Assembly (NCBI RefSeq): GCF_018977255.1
Contig: NW_024704742.1
Span: 135,968,001-136,032,000, forward strand
DNA from: Callorhinchus milii
Lineage: Eukaryota
Direction of reading: 5' to 3'
Length of the DNA: 64,000 bases
Below, one piece after another: positions 1 through 11,665 of this stretch. Each line of letters opens with the position of its first letter. The first letter of the stretch is position 1. The notes beneath the pieces were generated by a model that saw only the letters and a program-made list of their open reading frames with translations, did no database searches and was not told the origin of the DNA. The translations under genes were made by a program, and so were the position numbers.

Positions 1-186
1 ACAAAATATTTTTGTTTGGAGGACTTATTATCCTCGGAAAGTGCATCAATTGACTAACAACCGGGATCCTACTTACTGATAGATAAACTAAGGCCTGTGG
101 AATATAAAAACTTGCCTAAGGCTACGCCCCACCCAGGAATCGAACCCGGGTCCTCTCGCTTGCGAGGCGAGAGCGCTAACCACCAC
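1..186 (-). mobile_element. tRNA-headed SINE, 5' half (truncated by window edge)
   Basis: Reverse complement gives TGGTTAGCGC A-box and GGTTCGATTCC B-box plus the family body seen throughout the window. Confidence 0.85.
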
Positions 187-854
187 ATCTTTGCCATACG
201 ACAGACGTCTCTGAGCACTTCACAGAGACTGTGGGGAACAGTGCAGTGACTGGGACGAGAGAAGGAAGAGTTTAACAACGACAGGGATTTTTTTAGAGGA
301 TTTTGAAGACGGAGAGAGAAAGAAGGGAGGGATTTTGTAGCGTTCCACAGAGCAGGATCATAGTGGCTGATAGCTCGGCTGTGGATGGGTGAACAGATAA
401 TAGCAAGAATAATCCTTGCATTTGATATAATACCCTATCACATCGCCGAGACAGCTCAAGGATTACTGTAAAGTGTAGTGAATGTGCATTTTATAGGCAA
501 ACAAGACAGCCAATTTTATAGGACAAAGCCAATTCTAATGGCTTTCTTCCTCTAGCAGCCATGAAATGAATGGTTAATTATGTCGAGGGGATACTTTATC
601 TGTGTCTCGAATGTGGTAACTGCTGAAGATTAGCCAGCTAAATCCATAGTGTTTAAGGGTGTCTAAGCAACTATTTCAGGACAGGGTCCAGGAAGTATTT
701 TTTACTCAGAAGGCAGTTGACAAACAGAATGATGAACCCCTATATTCTGATATTAGCAACTCCATAGAACAATATTATCAGTGACACCTCTATATAGTCT
801 GATATTAGCAGTGACAACTCAATATCATCTGATATCCTATCAAAAGGCAAAATA

Positions 855-1035
855 AATGAATAATAATTTGGTCAATCAATCCATTACTGCTTGTGGGACA
901 CTGCTGTGTGCAATTGGCTGCCGCATTTCACCCACAAAATATACGGCCAATTCACTTTACAGTATATTCTGTGAAGCGCTTTGAGACGTCTTGAAGATGT
1001 AATAAGGCGGTATATCAAATGCAAGGATTATTATA
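855..1035 (+). mobile_element. SINE 3' half (Deu-like core plus L2-like tail) inserted in minisatellite region
   Basis: GTGGGACACTGCTGTGTGCAATTGGCTGCC core, then TATATCAAATGCAAGGATTATTAT tail. Confidence 0.85.
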
Positions 1036-1036
1036 T

Positions 1037-1572
1037 TAGTGGCGACACCTCTGTACAGTCTGATATTAGCAGTGAGCACCTCTATATAATCTGATATTAG
1101 CGGTAAGCACCTCTATATAGTCTAATATTAGCAATGAGCACCTCTATATAGTCTGATATTAGCAGTGAGCACCTCTATATAATCTGATATTAGCAGTGAG
1201 CACCTCTATATAGTCTAATATTAGCAGTGAGAACCTCTATATAGTCTAATATTAGCAGTGAGCACCTCTATATAGTCTGATATTAGCAGTGAGCACCTCT
1301 ATATAGTCTGATATTAGCAGTGAGTATCTCTATATAGTCTGATATTAGCAGTGAGCACCTCTATACAGTCTGATATTAGCAGTGAGCACCTCTATATAGT
1401 CCAATATTAGCAGTGAGCACCTCTATATAGTCCAATATTAGCAGTGAGCACCTCTATCTAGTCTGATATTAACAGTGAGCACCTCTATATAGTCTAATAT
1501 TAGCAGTGAGCACCTCTATATAGTCCGATATTAGCAGTGACACATCTATGTAGTCTGATATTAGCAATGACA
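1037..1572. repeat. 31-bp minisatellite, about 17 copies
   Basis: Unit GCAGTGAGCACCTCTATATAGTCTGATATTA; CCTCTATA recurs at 1141, 1172, 1203 and onward; no spacers. Confidence 0.97.
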
Positions 1573-1611
1573 CTTCCATGAACAATACAATACAAGATCA
1601 CATCTGACTTC

Positions 1612-1975
1612 CAAAGGCAATGGACAGTCTGGACATAAGCTGGCGGTGTTGGGATCAGGGAGGGTGGAGGGTAGGGAGGGCGGCCTAAGTTGCAGTCAAA
1701 GCCTTGAGAGGTGCTTTGAAGGAGGCAGCAAGGCGAAGGGAACGTGGGATGGAATTTCAAAGGGTGGGGGCAGAGAGGGTGAAAGACCAACCGCCGATGG
1801 TGGAGCAGGCCAGACGGAGCGGAGGGAGCGGACAGGTTGATATGGGGTCAGCAGATCACAGAGGTAGGAAGGAGCAAAACTGTGGAGGGCCTTGAATTGG
1901 AGGACAAGGATTTTGACCTCTGTTCTCTGGGGCATGGGGAGCCAGTAGAGCCGGTGAGGGTTGCGGGTGATAGGG
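1612..1975 (-). mobile_element. L2 LINE 3' fragment
   Basis: Minus-strand [39 protein letters not shown] is the typical L2 ORF2 C-terminus. Confidence 0.85.
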
Positions 1976-2117
1976 TGGATGTTTTATCATTGTGTATACT
2001 GTGATAATACGACACTTTCTGCCATGAAACAATTAAATATCGCAAAATAGCCCACTCCCTCTGCGTGTGAGTCCCTCCCTCCAGTATGACGACAGACCCC
2101 TGAGATGGCTCACACAC

Positions 2118-2272
2118 CACAATCTGAAAGTAATCGCTGGGGATGACCACTTCACCGTTCTTGATCCACTTGACAATAGGCGATGGCACTCCAGTGAAGG
2201 AACATTCAAACTCTATGTCCATACTCTCATAGGCGTACAGGTTGGAAGGGTATCTAACGAAGCTGGGAGGAA
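2118..2272 (-). CDS. DCC: DCC internal coding exon (equivalent to exon 6), N-half of Ig4
   Basis: (V)[51 protein letters not shown]. (CT)n tract then ACAG acceptor, GTGTGT donor, 155 nt, phase 1-0. [15 protein letters not shown] and [10 protein letters not shown] match DCC as I recall it. Confidence 0.93.
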
Positions 2273-2778
2273 CTGTTCATAAAGGAGAGAGAGAGAGGCA
2301 GTTAATAACAACACATGACACCTCCAACAGTCTTAACGATAACACCTCTATATAATCTATTAGCAATAACACTTCAATATAGTGGATATGGTTTCTTCTT
2401 GTGGGGTAAACAATTATAGGGTTTAGTTTGCGATTTTTTTAGCCAATTTTTTTGGTCAGCCACTCTGACATGTGCAGAAGTACATCACCGTGCTTTAAGT
2501 GTATCCAAACCATACTAATAAAAGTTCCATGAAATTGGGGGGGTGAATGGCCTACTCCTTTTCCTATGCCTCTGGTATTCCATTCCAAACAGAGACCCAC
2601 TGCTTACCTAATTGCGGAGAGCATTTCTTGTGCTGGTTAACACAAGAAAGGGGTTCTGAAACTCCCTCAGATTTTATCCCTATGTTTCACCTCTCCCTGG
2701 GCAAAACAGCAAAGTCCCGAAATTCCTCATGGTCTTAGCCTGCGGATCACTTTGTCCAGCAAGACCTCTCAAAACTTA

Positions 2779-4295
2779 ACGCAAAATACTGCAGATGCTG
2801 GAAATCTAAAGCGAAAACAGAAGTCACTCAGCATCTATACACAAATGAAAGTGAATTCAACGTTTCAGGTCCTTGGCCCTTCGTCAGAACTGGGGCACGT
2901 TGGATGGGAGAGGCTTTTAAGGGCTAAGGGAGGGGGGAGGCAAAGGAGAAAATGGGGTAGAGGACAGGGGATAATGAGGTGTTAATGATGGGAGGGGATT
3001 GTAACAAAGCAGGGGAATAATAATTATAATAATAATAATCCTTGCATTTGATATAGCGCTTTTCACGTCTTCTCGACGTCTCAAAACTCTTCACAGAATA
3101 TGCTGTAAAATGAATTGACTGTACATTTGTGGGTGAAACGCGGCAGCCAATTGCGCACAGCAGCGTCCCATAAACAGTCATGGATTGAAAATTACCAATT
3201 TATTGTTTTTTGTTTTGGAGGGATTATTATCATATAGAGGTGTTAATAATGCAAAACAAAGGCGCGGGGGGGCAAAATTGGAACAAAATAGGCAGACCAG
3301 AGAGAGAGAAAAGGTGTATCTGGGACCCAGATGATGTGGAACAGCGAAGGAGACCGTGGATGGAGAGGCCAGAGTGCGAGTGGGACGGAGAGTTGAAATG
3401 GCAAGAAACTGGAAGCTCAGGGTTGTGCTTGCGGACAGAACAGAGATGTTCGGCATATCGATCGCTGAATCTGCATTAGGGTCTCCCCAATGTAGAGGAG
3501 ACCACATCGTGAGCAGCGAATGCACTGGTGGTTGTACACGTAAATCACTGTCTCACTTGAAAACTGTGTTTGGGGCCCTGGACAGTGGTGCGGGAGGAGG
3601 TGAAAGGGCAGGTATTGCATCTCCTGCGCTGGCATGGGAAGGTGCCGGGGGAAGCAGAGGAACTGTTGGTGGTGATGGAGGAATGAACCAGGGGGTCACG
3701 GAGGGAACAGTCCCTTCGGAATGCTGAGAGGGGAGGGGAGAGAAAGATATGTTTAGCGGTTGGATCACGCTGGAGGTGCCAGAAATGGCAGAGAATCATC
3801 TGTTGGAAAATAATTCCAAAATAGCTGTTCCAGTGAGCCACAGCGCAAGCTCGAGGAACAGCACCTCATTTATCTGCCAGGAACCTTACAGCCCTCTGGC
3901 CTCAATATTGATTTCAACAATTTCAGACCATAACAGCTCACCCTCCCCCTCTTCTGTGACCATTACCACTGTGCCAGATACACCATTTCTCTCTCTGGTC
4001 TGACTATTTTGTTGCAACTTCACCCCCGCCTTCGACTTGCATTATTAACACGTCTAATCCCTGTTTTGTTGCAATCCCTCCCCTTTATTCTGCATCATTG
4101 ACACCCCTTTAACCCATCATCCCCTGTCCTCTACCCCATTTGCTCCTTTCTCTTCCTTGCCTCTGTTAGCCCTTAAAACCCTTTCCCTCCCAACATGCTC
4201 CAGTTCTGACGAACATGTCGTGGACCCGAAACCTTGAGTCACTTTCTCCGAAGATGCTGCCTGAACTGCCGAGTGTCCCCAGCGACTTCTGTTTT
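2779..4295. mobile_element. Penelope-like retroelement remnant with inverted arms (GIY-YIG region), interrupted by a SINE
   Basis: Minus strand 3350-3800 encodes frameshifted PGTFPCQRRRCNTCPF...GPKHSFQVRQ and CIRCSRCGLLYIGET. Plus strand 3823-3933 encodes CSSEPQRKLEEQHLI...QPSGLNIDFNNFRP*. 3' UTR copies are inverted at ~2780-2990 and ~4090-4295. Flanked by CCTCTCAAAACT (2765-2776) and CCTCTCAGAACT (4296-4307). Confidence 0.88.
3017..3232 (-). mobile_element. SINE 3' half nested in the Penelope-like element
   Basis: (TAA)n CCTTGCATTTGATATAGCG tail and core in reverse orientation. Confidence 0.88.
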
Positions 4296-5374
4296 CCTCT
4301 CAGAACTCAGGTCTGAATCGTGGCATTGGGTTTCTGCTCATTGGCCAAATTAAGAGTGAACACAGTGCAGAATTGTGGATTTTTTAATTAAGCAAGACTG
4401 AATTTAATGTCTTTCTGCAATTCTGCACGCTGTGTACAATTCTCAGACACAATGGTCACACGGACTAAGACTAGGAGGAATTTCAGGCTTCACGTATGGG
4501 AATTAGTAGGTCGTGCTTTTTGTAAGCATGATTAGAGGGCTCAGCTGGTAAAACGCTAATTGTATTAACAGAAGCTTGGAAGCTCTGTCAGTTTTCTTCG
4601 CTGCCTCTCAGTGTATCATTACTTTGACAGCAAACATACACTTCTCAGCTGTTAAAGAGATTTATTCCTGTTAACTCAGTACCACTGGGCAAGACAGGGA
4701 GGACAGTGGAATACATCAACAACCAACAACAACATGTTTTAACAACATTATACGGCATTCCTTCACTTCAGAAGGATGCCCCAAGGCACTGGACAATTGA
4801 GGGATTGAACTGAGCTGGGGTTTGGATAAATGAGAGCTGTGTGTCGGGGGATGATGGGAGGGTTGGAGAGGAGGGGATGAAGATGACCAAAGTCAGGGGA
4901 AGGTCTTGAGATAGACCTTGAAGGAGGCTACCGACAGAGCAAGGTGAAGCAATTCAGGGATGGGATTGATTGCCCATAGAGCAGAGGGAAAGGATGAGTT
5001 GGTAAGATTTAGGATAATGGTAATAATCCTTGCATTGATATAACGCCTTATCACTTCTTCTTATCTTGAAGCGGTTCACAGAATATACTGTTTATTTTGT
5101 GGGCGAAACGCAGCAGCCAATTGCGCACAGCAGTGTCCCACAAACAGTCGTGGATTGAGAAAGTCAGAATGGTAGGGTGGTGCAAGGCTGGAGGGCTTCA
5201 AAGGTGAGGACAAGGATCTTGAACTCAATGTGTTCTGGAAGGAGGAGATCAAATGTGGGTTATTCTTCACTCAAACCTCTCTTGTGGTCCTAGAATCATA
5301 GAATCCTCAGCACAGAAGGAGAGCATTCGGCCCATCGTGCTAATAGCTCAGCCCAGTAATAGAGATCAGCCTGA

Positions 5375-5745
5375 TTATAATAATAATAATCCTTGCATTT
5401 TATACAGCGCCTTATCACTTCTTCGAGATGTCTCAAAGCGCTTCATAGAATATACTGTAAAGTGAATTAACTGTATATTTTTGGGGCGAAACACGGCAGC
5501 CAATGGCACACCAGTGTCCCACAAACAGTCATGGATTGAGTGACCAAATTATTATTCTTATTTTTTGAAGGAATTATTACCCCCAGAAAGGTGATGTGTC
5601 AATCGACTGACAACCGGGTTCCTATTTACCACAAGGTAAACAGAGGAGTAAGGGAACTTGCCCAATGTTTCGACCTGCCAGGAATCGACCCCAGTTCCAC
5701 TCACTTGCGAGGCGAGTGCTCTAACCACTGAGCTACAGGACTCCA
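5375..5745 (-). mobile_element. Full-length tRNA-headed SINE
   Basis: Head GGAGTCCTGTAGCTCAGTGGTTAGAGC (reverse) at ~5718-5744, body, core, and (TTA)n tail. Confidence 0.92.
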
Positions 5746-6029
5746 CATTGGTCCCTTCTACATTGACTCCGGCATTGGTATCACCCAACAAATTCTCCGG
5801 TCGGGACTGTGCTTGCGATAAGCGATTCTAGACAACTGGAGGCTCCAGCAAGCAAACGTCCAAGTAATTCTCCCGGAGACGAGTTAATTATTAATCCTCC
5901 AAATCAATGTCATGGAAATCAACCCACCACACTTGAGAAGATCCAATACTCCGGACAAAGTGATTCCATTTCTTAGAACCAGTAAAGGCTGACAGTGCAT
6001 TAATAGATTAATTGTGCATTAATTGTGTG

Positions 6030-6395
6030 TCAGCCTGGCTCAGTCATTAACGCTCGGCATGAGACTGTGAATTCAAACTCCCCTTTGGAGGCTTGGTATA
6101 TAATGCTAGCAAAGTACTGTATTGTTAATGGTGCCAAATGAATGAAGCTGTCTGACCTGTGCCTGTTCAGGTGTCAGTTAAATATCTATTGGAAAAGAGA
6201 AGGGAGTTTCTCTCTCTCTCTCTCGAGGTCCTGGTGAACAATAAACCCCAAATAAAATTGGTCACTCACTTCACGGCTTTTGTGGGACATTGATTTGAGC
6301 AAAACTGGTTGCATCCTATCACCTACAAAATACACAGTGGCTGCATTTTACAGTAAATCAAGTGCTTTCGGACTTCCTCCCGACATAAAAGGCCC
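6030..6395 (+). mobile_element. Older, more diverged Deu-type SINE
   Basis: CAGCCTGGCTCAG head, CTGTTCAGGTG..GTTAAA..GAAAAGAGAAGGGAGTTTC middle and GTGGGACATTG core. Similar copies at ~8310-8625, 11670-12065 (minus), 21750-22100 and 52350-52780. Confidence 0.7.
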
Positions 6396-6429
6396 TAAAA
6401 CCAAACAAAGATTTGGTCTTGCAGGCTAC

Positions 6430-6745
6430 TGAATATACTGTAAATTGAATTGATTGTGTATTTTGCGGGAGATATGCAGCAGCCAATTGTGCACATCAGC
6501 GTCCCACAGACAGCCGTGGATTGAGTGGCCAAATTATTATTTAAAAACATTTTTTTTGACAGAATTATTACCACCGGAAAAATGATCCAGCAATCAACTA
6601 ACAACCAGGTTCTTATTTACTGTTAGGTAAACAGAAGCGCCTGGAGAAAGGAAACTTGCCTAAGGCTTCATCCTGCCCGGGTCCCATAACACACGGCTCT
6701 TGCTTTGAGAGGTACGTGCTCTAACCACTAAGCTACAGCACTGCA
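6430..6745 (-). mobile_element. tRNA-headed SINE
   Basis: Reverse head CTAACCACTAAGCTACAG at ~6721-6738 and family body. Confidence 0.85.
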
Positions 6746-6839
6746 CAAGTCCAAGTTTCCTCTTAAATCATGCTTCTCTCTTAATCCTCCCTGGACCTGA
6801 CGTTTTTCATCTAAAGCATACAGCTCAAATCCACGAGGG

Positions 6840-7060
6840 AATGTATCAAGACTTCCAAAGTTTTACTCTGGAGCAAAGGAGATTGAGCGAGCCCAAGAGA
6901 TGGGGATCAATGATCAATAAAAGGCTGAAGAGCTTGGATGATGCAGGCGTAAGCAGGTTATTTAACTTAAACTGTGAGTCCAGAAGGAAACCAGAGGATA
7001 TCAGTAGAGAATTAACAATCCTCAAGCAAGACTAGAGATTGTGGGACTGATCTCCCCCTT
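6840..7060 (+). mobile_element. CR1 LINE 3' fragment, degraded
   Basis: FTLEQRRL motif of the CR1 ORF2 C-terminus. Confidence 0.6.
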
Positions 7061-7954
7061 GAGATGTAAGGAATAGGTTTATGAGAAAAGCACTTTAATG
7101 CTAAGCCTGCCTGGTACCTCTCCTCTCATTAATAATCCCTGTATTTGACACAGCCCATATAATGTCCAAATGCTCCCAAGTGCTCACCAGTAAACAAACA
7201 CAGCATCCGATTTGTCTTCCTCCAGGTCCTCACAAACACTAACTAACTAAATGATCAATTTATTTGTAGAAAATGCCCTTTATCCATGTCTGTCTATCTA
7301 TCATTCATCTGTGCATCCGTCTGTCCATTCATCCGCCCATTTTCCCATCCATGTTGGTGCTCGCTCCCCCATTGGAGCTCTCTACCTCAATCCCATTCCC
7401 TGCTCTCTCCCCATCGTGTCTCTATTGATGTTTCAACTGGATGGCTCCTTGCCACCAGCTACAAGTAACCTCACTTGTCAAAGTCTTTATTTCCTGCTTC
7501 TCTCTTTGAGCCATGGCAAATTGATTAAAAAGGGATGAGTGAGAGCATGTGAGAGTGACAGAGAGAGAGAAAACGCGAGAGAGAGAGAGAGAGAGAGAGA
7601 GATAGTTAATTCCTATGTGAAGCAGCTTGCCCTTGTCAAGCAAGAAATGTCATGGAGTTTGGTGCAAGGATTATGGAAATATCGACACTTGTTCAAACAA
7701 GAGCGACACAGTCAGCCACAGGAGCTTATCCTCAAAACCAAACCCTAAACGGTGCTCCCTACAGGCTTCTCTCTGGCTCAAGCCAAAGCGTTCAGCACAC
7801 AATGAGTTGCTTCTGAATTTGGGGAGTGAGGATGGGGGGGTTGTGTGGGGATGGACGGGAGGGGAGAGGTTATGGGAGAGGGGGTAACAGTCACCTTTTT
7901 ATTTTGCATTGGGCTAAGCAGTATGTAGGTGTAAACAACCAGTGTGGTTATCTA

Positions 7955-8310
7955 TGGAGTCTCGTAGCGGAGTGGTTAGAGCACGCAGCTCACAATCGAG
8001 AGGACCCAGGTTCGAATCCTGGGCAGGGCAGAACCTTAGGCAAGTTTCCTTACTCCACACGCCTCTGTTTACCCAACAGTAAGTAGGAACCCGGTTGTTA
8101 GTCGATTGGTAGATCGCTTTCCGTGGCTAAAAATCCCTTAATAAAAATGCTAATAATTTAGTCACTCATACCACTGCTGTGCCCAAATCGGCTGCCAGAT
8201 TTCGTCCACAAAATATAGTCAATTCATTTTACAGTATATTCTGTGAAGCACTTTTGAGACGTCTCAACAACATGACAAGGCGCTATATCAAATGCAAAGA
8301 TTACTATTAT
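7955..8310 (+). mobile_element. Full-length tRNA-headed SINE
   Basis: GGAGTCTCGTAGCGGAGTGGTTAGAGC head, GGTTCGAATCC B-box, L2-like tail. Confidence 0.9.
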
Positions 8311-8789
8311 GGCTCAGTCTGTAGCTCTCTTGCTCCAGGTCGGAAGTTTGTGGGTTCAAGCCCCAACATCAGGGACTTTAAGTACACGATAGGCTGACCC
8401 TCTAGCACTGTGTTGGGGGGAGTCCTGCAGTGGGGGATGTTAAACTGAGGTCCCGTCGGTGGCTGTTCTGGGAGGGAACGTTAACTTCCAATGAAGTTAT
8501 TGGAAAAGCAAAGGGAGTTTCTCTTTCCCGGTAGTTCCCTGGCCAACAATCTCACCGGTAAAATTGGTCATTCACTTCATGGCTGTTTGTGGACACATTG
8601 CTATGGGAAAAACTAGCAGCCACATTCATCAACCACTACTCTCAACCTATCTACTCTCATCCCATTCCCATCATCAAAGTCACCGAATCAGTCAGGAGAG
8701 AATGATTCAGATAATAATAAGAATAATCAGCGTCTCATCACTTTGTTGAGGTGTCTCAAAGCGCTTCACAGGATATACTGTAAAGTGGA

Positions 8790-9018
8790 TTGAGTCCTGC
8801 AGCTCAGTGGTTAGAGCACTCGCCTCGAAAGCGAGAGACCTGGGTTCGATTCCCAGCAGGGCGAACTTTGGGCAAGTTTCCTTACTCCGTACGCCTGATT
8901 TCACTCACAAAATACATAGTCAATTCACTTTACTGTGTATGCTGTGAAGGGCTTTGAGACATCTCGAAAACGTGATAAGGCGCTATATCAAATGCAAGGA
9001 TTATTATTATTATTATTT
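8790..9018 (+). mobile_element. Internally deleted SINE abutting an opposite-strand SINE tail (8710-8790)
   Basis: Head joined almost directly to tail; (TTA)n end. Confidence 0.8.
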
Positions 9019-10717
9019 GTCAGGTTTACTTTCTCATTGTCATTCAGATGCTTCTAAAAGGCTCCTCTGAGCCTTCTAACCGTTCTCTACACAATCAGAC
9101 AAACAAGTCAGGTACTAATCTCTCCGCACGACACACGTGGTAGATTCCTGCTGTGGGCTGAGAGCTAAGCTCTCTGTACGACACGGGTGCTGAACACAGG
9201 CCCGTGGGCTGAGTTAATCTGCTGCGTGCGGTTAGATTTCTCAACGTGCCGTCCCCGTGAGCTTAAAAATAACCGCAATGTAATTTTAAATTATAAATAG
9301 AGAGCTGCTGAGGATGTTAAATTAAATTATGATTTTAAAATTGTATTAGATTTATCTCTAAGTGCACGGGAACAAGGTAACTGAACTCGCAACAGCCCCC
9401 AAGGAGCTGGTCACTGACTCAGGGCAGAGATGAGCTGAGTCAGTTGTCTTTCTGCCTGAGTTACAACCGCTGGGTTTTCAGATAGACAGCTCTCTGCAAA
9501 CACAGCCTCCTGTGACCGATAGAGCCTGAGGGAAATTCTCTGCCTCATCCCCTCTGTCTCTCTCTCTCTGTCTTCTCTCCCCGTCTCTATGAAGTCCTGT
9601 AGCTCAGAGAATGACCCGAATTCGATTCCCGATGTTGTTGTTGCCAACCTGTGCCTAATACTCTCCAGAATCAGGTAAGCGGAGTGTGTGTCTAAGGAAA
9701 GAGAGTGCCGATTCCAATACTGATATATATTCCGTGTGTAGGTGGGATGTTATGCTATTCTCAGTTTAGTTTGCATTCTCCTACACATGAGTCAGACACC
9801 CGGATGACCAAAAAACCCTGCCTCTTCGACCGTACTTATGGTCACTTCCGTTTCCGTCATCTTCCTTCTCCTCTGCTCAGTGTCCCACCCTGGTCGCTGT
9901 GAAGCTTGCGAAATCATTAGCGGACGTAAAGGTTGTGTGTAAATGCGAGTTGCTCTTAATGGCTGTAACTAGGAGAAACTCCCTTCTCTTTTCAAATGAT
10001 ACCAAGGGACTTTAATGTCCACCTGAACAGGTAGCTGGACTTCGGTTTAACGTCTTGTCTGACGGACTGCATAAGGTGACAGGGATTTAACATCATCAGT
10101 GTAGCTGTTAGTGAAGTGACAAATGGTGATTATGATTCCCCTATATTATAATCATATTGGAACCTATTAGCTTCTAATACCATATTTTAGAAGACAATAG
10201 TTTCTTAATCCTCAATAATCCTTTAATCTTGGTAAGGAGTTTTGAGGCGAGCACATTTTCAGCTAACCAGGTGTCTGACGTACGCAGAAAGTTGTTAGTG
10301 GCTTAAGAGTCTCCAAACCAGACTACTGAGAGCTCACACGTGAGGGAAGTTTCTGTGTGTATGAAATAGAGTGTGTGCTCACCCCTCTCTGTCTCTTCAC
10401 CCCGCTCGCTAAACCCCGGATATTATTAAATGGCAACCCATAAAATTCCTCACGTCCTGTAACTTCGACGTCAAGTGTAGTGACTGTGCATTTCTAGACA
10501 AACGTGGCAGCCGATTTACACACAGCAATGCCCACACAAAAAAAAGGCAAAGACCAATTTTATCTGGGACATTGTCGGCCAGGACACTGCGAGAGAAATT
10601 CCTTCTCTCTTCTAATCACGCCATTAACCAGTAGCGTCCACTGGACCAGGAAGACTGAACTTTGGGTTTAATAACTCATCTGAATGATAGCAACAACACA
10701 GCAGTCTAGTCTACACG

Positions 10718-11082
10718 TGGAGTTCCCTAGTGTATTGGTTAGAGCGTATACCTCGCAAGCGAGAGGACCCGGGTTCAATTTCTGGGCTGGGCAAAATCTT
10801 AGGCAAGTTTCCTTACTCCACGCACCTCTGTTTACCGAGCAGTAAATAAGAACCCAGTTGTTCGTTGATTAGTGGATGGCTTTGGGGGATAAAAATCCCT
10901 TAGAAAAATAATAATTCGGTCATTCAATCTAAGACTGTTTTTGGACACTGCTGTGCGCAATTGGCTGCCTGTTTCACTCACAAAATACACAGCCAATCCA
11001 CTTCACAGTACAAACTGTGAAGCGTTTTGAGACATCTCAACGACGTGATGAGGCGCTATATCAAATGCAAAGATCATTATAT
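10718..11082 (+). mobile_element. Full-length tRNA-headed SINE
   Basis: Head, body, core and tail all present. Confidence 0.9.
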
Positions 11083-11525
11083 GGTATTATACGAGTTCAA
11101 GGTCTGCGATGTGGGGCTTAAACCCACAACTTGTAAACCCAGAGGTGAAAGTTCTACTGCCTGAGCTGAGGTAATTGGTAACTAGATGACCGGAGGGGTA
11201 TAGTCTGACTGGGAGATCTATCTTGTTCCTGTGTGAAGGAGTTAATCGACAAAGCAGTAAATGTAATTGATGACAAGCTGCTGCACGTTCCCAAGGACTC
11301 AGCAAGGCTCCAATTTCATCTTTATCAAATAAAAGTGTTACGGAAAATTAAGCCCTCTGCTATAAACTCTCCAGTGGTCGCGGCCTGAGATTGACGGGGA
11401 AAGGGAAGTGCCAGATAATTGGAGTCATCGCTTCACTCAACCTGTGACTCTAAATTCATGGCTCATTCACTGATTACTCAGCAGAAACCAGAACACACAA
11501 CTACCTTTTATAGGTTTGCCTTTTA

Positions 11526-11665
11526 GAAAGAGAGAGTGGAAGAGAGAGAGAGAGAAAGAGAGAGACAGAGAGAGAGGGGGGTAAGAGAGAGAGAGAGAGA
11601 GCAAGGGGAAGAGAGAGAGAGAGCAATAGAGAGCGAGAACGAGAGAGGAAGCAAGGAAGGAAGGA
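11526..11665. repeat. (GA)n-rich microsatellite
   Basis: Seen directly. Confidence 0.9.

Noticed and set aside
1037..1572. CRISPR-like array
   Set aside because: 31-bp units are head-to-tail with no unique spacers, there are no cas genes, and the context is a vertebrate intron.
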